Positions 59,401 through 64,000 of a stretch of DNA of 64,000 nucleotides are shown here, in pieces. This DNA is from Schizochytrium sp. TIO01. Its lineage: Eukaryota > Protista > Bigyra: Labyrinthulomycetes. The translations under genes and the position numbers were made by a program. Under the pieces are notes generated by a model. The model did no database searches. It was not told where the DNA came from and saw only the letters and a program-made list of their open reading frames with translations. Positions within the stretch are counted from its first letter, which is position 1. Every line of letters starts with the position of its first letter. The DNA is taken from the NCBI GenBank assembly GCA_004764695.1, contig SMSO01000014.1:6810029-6874028 (forward strand), written 5' to 3'.

Positions 59401-61167
59401 TGACGGAGAACGAGGAGCAACAGGAGAAGAACCCGTAGAACTGATAGAATTTGATCTCATGAGAGATAAGGCAGAGTCATCCGTACCAAGAGAAAATCTA
59501 CCCATCGGCAAGTCTAAGCTGGACATGGTTTTACTAACCATAGGGTGTTCCGCAACAGAGTCACTACCAGAAGTGTGTGCATCATCTTCATCACCCACAT
59601 TCCGAATATCGCTATCATCCTCCTCATCCTCAGAATCCTCGGTATCCCAATCTGCCAAACTTGTTGCAGAGTAGAGCTCCTGGCGCGAAATTCCGAGTTC
59701 TCGACTCACAAGATTGAGAACTTCGTCATCTGATACAGTTTCCTCTCCCCCAAGACGTTTTTTCAGCTCAGTCTTTGGGATGACAATACGACCCGTAAGC
59801 CTGAACATGGTCATAAAAGTGATGCGATTGAGACGAATCATAATACGCAGAAGCATTTCCTCGCGCAAACCAGTGAATTCTGCAAAAATTGGGCCAAGGC
59901 ATTGCTCATAGTCGATGGAGAGTACGGTTGTATCTTCCTTTGCGGATACAGTAGCAATATTCTTTAGAGGACGTTGTGTGATAACTGAAAGTAGTTCAGC
60001 AAGGCCTGTTGCGTTTTCGTCAGGTCCAAGTTGGACCGTATCTTCTGCCCCAAAAGCTCCTGGGCTTCTGGATGGCCGAACGTAATCTTCGTCGTCATCA
60101 TCCTCAGCTTCAATAACACCTGCCGCGGCACCTTGCAACGACTCTACTCCGGATAGTGTCGAAGACAAACTACTGTCTCTTTTATGGCTGGCACGCGTAG
60201 CCTCTTGTTCTTCAGGAGTAGCAGGTAAAGCTTTTCCAGACCCAGGTAGCATGGAGTTAAGGTCAACCTGCATGGCGCCTGAGATGACAATAATAAATTG
60301 AGCCTTTTTCGGCTTGGAGTTTGCTTCGAAGAGGGTATCACCAGCAACAAGCTCCACGCGCTTTGCTCTGGAGGAAATGGCACGGAGGATTTGCTCTGGC
60401 AGCCATGAAAAGATCTCCGTTTTACGAAGGCATTTGATAATGTCGGCGTCTTCGTCCATCTGGAATTGCTCGTCTAGCATCTGTCCAACCTGTCGCTGCG
60501 TGAGCGAGGACATAATACCGGTCTGCACAGGCGCCTTGTCTGCTCCATCTGCCCCGGGTACAGGTCTATCGGCGTAGATTGACCTGAGTCCATCGCCATC
60601 GCGCGTTGTAGATTTGACCCAGCGGTACCTGCGCCTCTGTCGAAATGTGTCCACAGCAGCTCTGATAGAGAATCTGTCCCTAATCTCACGGTATTTGCGC
60701 TTTGCCTGTGCCATTCTGCCTTCACGTTGCAACATCCTGGCTACCTGAGAAGCACTGTCATCCCCCAAAATCGCAGAACCCAAGTTTTCCAGAGTTGTCA
60801 TCGACGCAGATCTGTCCAGACTACCCAAGAGGGGTATTTTGCTGCTCGAGCTTCCCTCCTCACCTTTAAATCCGCTAAGGTTGCTGTCTTTATTGCTGTT
60901 GTTGATACGTCTGCTGCGACTGAGTTCGTTGGACCGAAGAAGAAACTTGATGAGAACCGCCATGACTACCAGCAGCGCCACAGTGGACACCAAGACTCCA
61001 AATCCGAACCCGGCATCATCACGTTTATTAGCAAGGCTCCCAGCTAATGACCACGCTGGAGATGGGGCCGCGGAGGACTGTGGATCCCTGCCTTGAATCC
61101 CGCCAAGGCCTGCTTCAAGGCCATCCTCAGGCAGAACCACACTAAGAAGTCCAAGCAGCTCCGCCAT
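56431..61167 (-). CDS. Neuropathy-target-esterase / PNPLA6-7 / NTE1-like lysophospholipase (TM anchor, cNMP-binding domains, patatin domain)
   Basis: N-terminal TM segment; cNMP-domain motifs (VELVAGDTLF, GETFGHLSLL, LYVVLHGRMR..EYGRGALIGE); patatin motifs VLGGGGARG, GTSIG and DGGYTNNLP. Confidence 0.94.
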   Translation of the reverse strand: MAELLGLLSVVLPEDGLEAGLGGIQGRDPQSSAAPSPAWSLAGSLANKRDDAGFGFGVLVSTVALLVVMAVLIKFLLRSNELSRSRRINNSNKDSNLSGFKGEEGSSSSKIPLLGSLDRSASMTTLENLGSAILGDDSASQVARMLQREGRMAQAKRKYREIRDRFSIRAAVDTFRQRRRYRWVKSTTRDGDGLRSIYADRPVPGADGADKAPVQTGIMSSLTQRQVGQMLDEQFQMDEDADIIKCLRKTEIFSWLPEQILRAISSRAKRVELVAGDTLFEANSKPKKAQFIIVISGAMQVDLNSMLPGSGKALPATPEEQEATRASHKRDSSLSSTLSGVESLQGAAAGVIEAEDDDDEDYVRPSRSPGAFGAEDTVQLGPDENATGLAELLSVITQRPLKNIATVSAKEDTTVLSIDYEQCLGPIFAEFTGLREEMLLRIMIRLNRITFMTMFRLTGRIVIPKTELKKRLGGEETVSDDEVLNLVSRELGISRQELYSATSLADWDTEDSEDEEDDSDIRNVGDEDDAHTSGSDSVAEHPMVSKTMSSLDLPMGRFSLGTDDSALSLMRSNSISSTGSSPVAPRSPSGMSTGLPAGHERGRGVPSLELPSRPGSRQSHRNINPQKTVVHIVKLKPGKEVLDVSNEAAMYVVIKGGLELMVGRRGDEAKSRLEHCFCRGETFGHLSLLTGAWNDWYLGRNSLQTAEAVWVRASATHKETVLARIAQSDYYDLIDKYPKIIVHKAEGLVQNLFDVIRMIDLTTTWRHLGSGEVLVKEGQTCENLYVVLHGRMRGSKASSRRTTPESQEREYGRGALIGEISFLTEEPMIESVTALRSTQLAVLPKVAMLAIMSKFPEVVFHMGRTMSRSLMQGPSSASQGTQGATTNVVAIVPASPSAPIDLFLRTLSKTLETMGTSVETLTSDIVDRMAEERKLGVGNVISAPFSPLEQLILLTWLSEAEDTSDIVFYVVDPWSEPEPSWWSKLCIAQADLVMYVANAADGADITPLERKLASVNTNARKELVLLHIESGRKDMSELPSNTREWIINRGNIHHHHHIRFHPNRTDAYGRTGYFDVEHFKSDFRRLSRWLIGESVGIVLGGGGARGMSHVSVLRCLEEMGIPVDFVAGTSIGSFLGAVYSMKCDTLLMHKLLTKFTTSMSSMWELISDMTLPVVSWFTGGNFNRGIIEFFGTTCIEDLWLPYFCMTTDLTDSEEIAHRNGRLWRYVRASMTLVNFMPPLCDVLEEEILEDEEVNCDAEDYDAQGDHAEEKSKADDNDSTGKSLLPPNDGGELQQPRESVPVGKSGLRSRRHTGDLSSTQGGKNASEWTIESPPSGAATSSTEFGENSGIQGKKSKKAKTKKVVHYLCDGGYTNNLPADIMRRYLGPRATVIAVDVQGSWQFAGADYGAELSGWGYLLRWLNPFVETPAIPTSSDIQTQLAFISSVKQGSTGKVDKKGSLGSAYSRRYGGLEPSGNPTLIDYIDLYLQPPVDDVSTLEFSRSAEIQERAYKYAQPRVQAWVEDLRRNHASKFRCISWRAIDRVDRSKRQPRKEKKISGLRGNGLTLRRTGSWAYRHEIE

Positions 61168-62915
61168 GGTGCTCGTGGCACAGCCCAGACCTACTTACAC
61201 ACCCCGTGACGCGCCTCTGCAGCTGTTTGGGACGGTCTAGCTCCAGCCAGGACCCCCCTCGTCAAGATCGCCGCGCCGACGATCCGTCCAAAGCTGGCAG
61301 TGCTCCAGGTGACGCTGATTGAGGTTTGCTTGCCTTCCAAAGCGAGAATTCAACCGAGTCAGAGATGAAAGGAAAGATAGAAACTAGAAAGTCTCGCTGG
61401 CATAGCCTCTCCTACTCCTTCGCTAGCCCCGCCTCCTCAGTGTGCCCCCAAAGGGACCTGAGCCTCGCCTGCGCTTCGTCAGAACCGGCGCGCCTGCAGA
61501 GGTCCTTGCACGTGGTAAGGGCTGGCCTCGCGCGAGGCACGTCGTAGCAATTTGGTTGATGAGCGATTCGATGAGGCCCGTTCGAATTCGTTGCAGTCTG
61601 ACTTCGTATTGGCTGGGCCGCAGGGCGATAGGCGTGGAGCATGGGGGTGCTGATTGAACAATCATGACGAGCTTGTGAAACTATCTTCCATGAGGTATCT
61701 GGTGATCTTCCGCTTGTCGTGCTTGTTTCTTCCTTCTTGCTTAGCTTCTTTCCGAGTTCCGCTCTTGTTTGTGGGCCCATCGATTCTTACGAAGTCAGGT
61801 TCTTCGTTACACTTGGTGCCTTTGCTGTTTGCACAGGGAGTTAGGAAGCACCTCAGGCGGAGCGCAAAACGCCATTGCGTTTGCTATCAAGGCTTTGTAG
61901 GTCCTTGGCTCCTGGGCACTGCCAACTCACGCCTAGACGAGTAGTGGCGTACGTGAGGGAGGTGAAGAGACCTCCAGCAGGAATTGCATCTCGAACTCCT
62001 GCGAAGGCGAGCGGTATTTCACGAACTTGTAGAAAGTAGGAACCGAGCACCTCACCCGGCGAATCAAAACGCTACGGTGCCGATTCTATCGGTACGAGTT
62101 TCTGCTGCACATATGCTGCTGATGCCAATCATCAATAAAGGCGACTCGGAGTACGATGAGAACGCAAGACTAATGACGGTGGTGTCGTTTGAGCTAACGA
62201 GCGTGACGTCCTTGCAGAGCGTCATCCACAGCGACGGTGCTGACTCAATTAGGCCTCGTCCCCGGAAAGCTATACAATTTCTGCACTTGTAAGGATTTCT
62301 GAGGCCGTGGGTTTGGATACTGCGAGCTGAGAGCTCTCTTTGAATCAAGATGTGACTGAGGTGAACTTGAAACGACCAAAGCTGGAGTCCACACTGATGA
62401 GCTGAGCGTCAATGGCGACCTAATGGTGATCTAAAGATCGTGACAAATATTTCAAACGCTTCAAAACAGTTGGAAATGAGTGCACTGAGGCATATGATCG
62501 ACTGGGCTGAGGGGGGGGGGAGGAGAATCCTATCACTATTTCACTGCTGAGAAAGGCTTCCGTTGAGGACAGAAATTCCGCAACAGAGGCGAGGCCACGG
62601 AAGGTGGAGAAGACTAGAAATATAAATCTTTTATATAATATTTAGATAAGCCTGGACATACCTTGTTACACTGTGTTTGCTAAGGAATCGAACTTATGTC
62701 TTTAACAAGTGTCGTCGTAGCACGGTGTATCCTCTCCGTTCTAAGCATCGAAGTGATTGTTTGTCAGCCAAGAGTTACAAAAATTTGTCATAAAACGTAC
62801 CCATCACAGCTTTCACCATCAGAATTTCATTAATGATGCAAACATAGCGAAAACCAATAGATTAAAAAAAATTGAGACACCAGCGAGATTTGGCTACCTT
62901 CATACTATTCCAAGC

Positions 62916-63998
62916 CTAAAGCTTGACTACAGGGCCATCATCAGCAGGCGGCTCAATTCGTGGAGGGGGTGGAGTACCGTGCTCGCGAACATAAGCTGCA
63001 ATCTCTTCCCGATGATGCCAGTCTTTACAAGAATATTCGTCCACGCATGCCGTTCCCTCGAGGCAGCTACAGCTTGCGCGGTCCTCATTAGCATCAATAA
63101 CAGTATCATGACGATTTAAATCCTCGCGTAAATGGGGAACATCCTTAAGCGCAATGTCCGCACCCTCAGACCGAAGGTACTGATTGTCCAAGAGCTTGAG
63201 CCCAGGAAGAGCACTGTTGACAAGCTCATGGTATTCACGCATACATGAAGCCGAGTCCTGAAATGGGTTTTCTCGAAGATCTAGCTCGTAAAGATTGGGT
63301 GCTAGAGGAGCCAAGACGCTAATGACACTCTTAGCCGGTGTTAATTCATTTTCCTGGGCAGAGAGTACCTGAAGAATTGCCAGTTTGCTAATTGAAGGAG
63401 GCAAAGCTTTCCATCCGCAGCCATCAGCAACCAGACGACGAAGTGTATCTGCAAGAGGAGCAAAGTCAATCGCCGAATTATCTCCTGTCTGTATATAGCT
63501 AATGTCTAAAATTACAAGTCGCCAAAGCCCCTGTAAATTCAATGGAGTCGAGATACTGCTACTACCGATACTAAGCTTGCGAAGCCACGGAAACCCCATT
63601 TCCATTGGTGTGGCAACGCAATCCGTTGCATTCTCGGATAGATCAAGAGCGACGAGCTGGTGCCGCCCCGGAGGCAGATTCGATAGAGTGTTATTTACAC
63701 TACAGGCTGAATCAAGAACACGAATATGGCGTGGTTTTGTGTTTTCTGTGTCCTGTAAAATATCTGTGAGCTCTTCGCCAGTTTCTATTTCCTCTTCTTC
63801 CAGTTCGTCAAGTGCTCGATCAATATCCTTTAAATGAGCTTCGCAGAGGTCTTTCCATGGATCATATGTCTCTGCAAATACTTGAAATCCTTTCAATAAT
63901 TCTTCGCGTCGTGTAGCACTATTAAGTGCGTCTTGAGGGGCATCTTTGCTGGAAGAATCATCTCCCTCGGTGTTATCTACCTGAGTGGTTTCGCAAGG
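62916..63998 (-). CDS. Leucine-rich repeat protein, 5'-partial, with C-terminal Cys motif
   Basis: The frame is open to the window edge (PCETTQVD...). LRRs LVALDLSEN, LVILDISY, LQVLSAQENEL, LYELDLRENP; LRR-cap-like LPGLKLLDN; tail SCSCLEGTACVDEYSCKDW. Confidence 0.85.
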   Translation of the reverse strand, partial: PCETTQVDNTEGDDSSSKDAPQDALNSATRREELLKGFQVFAETYDPWKDLCEAHLKDIDRALDELEEEEIETGEELTDILQDTENTKPRHIRVLDSACSVNNTLSNLPPGRHQLVALDLSENATDCVATPMEMGFPWLRKLSIGSSSISTPLNLQGLWRLVILDISYIQTGDNSAIDFAPLADTLRRLVADGCGWKALPPSISKLAILQVLSAQENELTPAKSVISVLAPLAPNLYELDLRENPFQDSASCMREYHELVNSALPGLKLLDNQYLRSEGADIALKDVPHLREDLNRHDTVIDANEDRASCSCLEGTACVDEYSCKDWHHREEIAAYVREHGTPPPPRIEPPADDGPVVKL

Positions 63999-64000
63999 AC

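Noticed and set aside
62394-62490. Possible C/D-box snoRNA (TGATGA...CTGA)
   Set aside because: No convincing terminal stem or recognisable rRNA guide.

Overview
Eukaryotic nuclear DNA with GT-AG introns, mostly intron-poor genes, microsatellites and AT-rich intergenic tracts. The overall style suggests a thraustochytrid/labyrinthulomycete-like protist (inference only). About 13 protein genes are supportable: a 5'-truncated glutamate dehydrogenase homologue, a CCDC34-like coiled-coil protein, a THAP-like ORF, ANKRD39-like plus RING, gamma-glutamyl hydrolase, an HSL-family alpha/beta hydrolase, a 5-finger C2H2 transcription factor, CDC123, a lipase maturation factor, an LRR-NEL protein, a formate-THF ligase homologue, an NTE/PNPLA6-7 phospholipase and a 5'-truncated LRR protein. 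There are two large ORF-poor regions (about 15.7-38.5 kb and 45.5-53.7 kb). The main finding is an intronless gene at 42571..45447 (-). It encodes a bacterial-effector-type LRR plus NEL (IpaH/SspH-like) E3 ubiquitin ligase with an intact catalytic CxD, a Cys-rich hydrophobic N-terminus and a possible U-box-like tail, and it sits among ordinary eukaryotic genes. Also notable are two strongly codon-biased metabolic genes (GDH, FTHFS) with normally near-invariant motifs replaced, and a probable decayed or domesticated THAP transposase. All family calls come from manual motif recognition; no searches were run.
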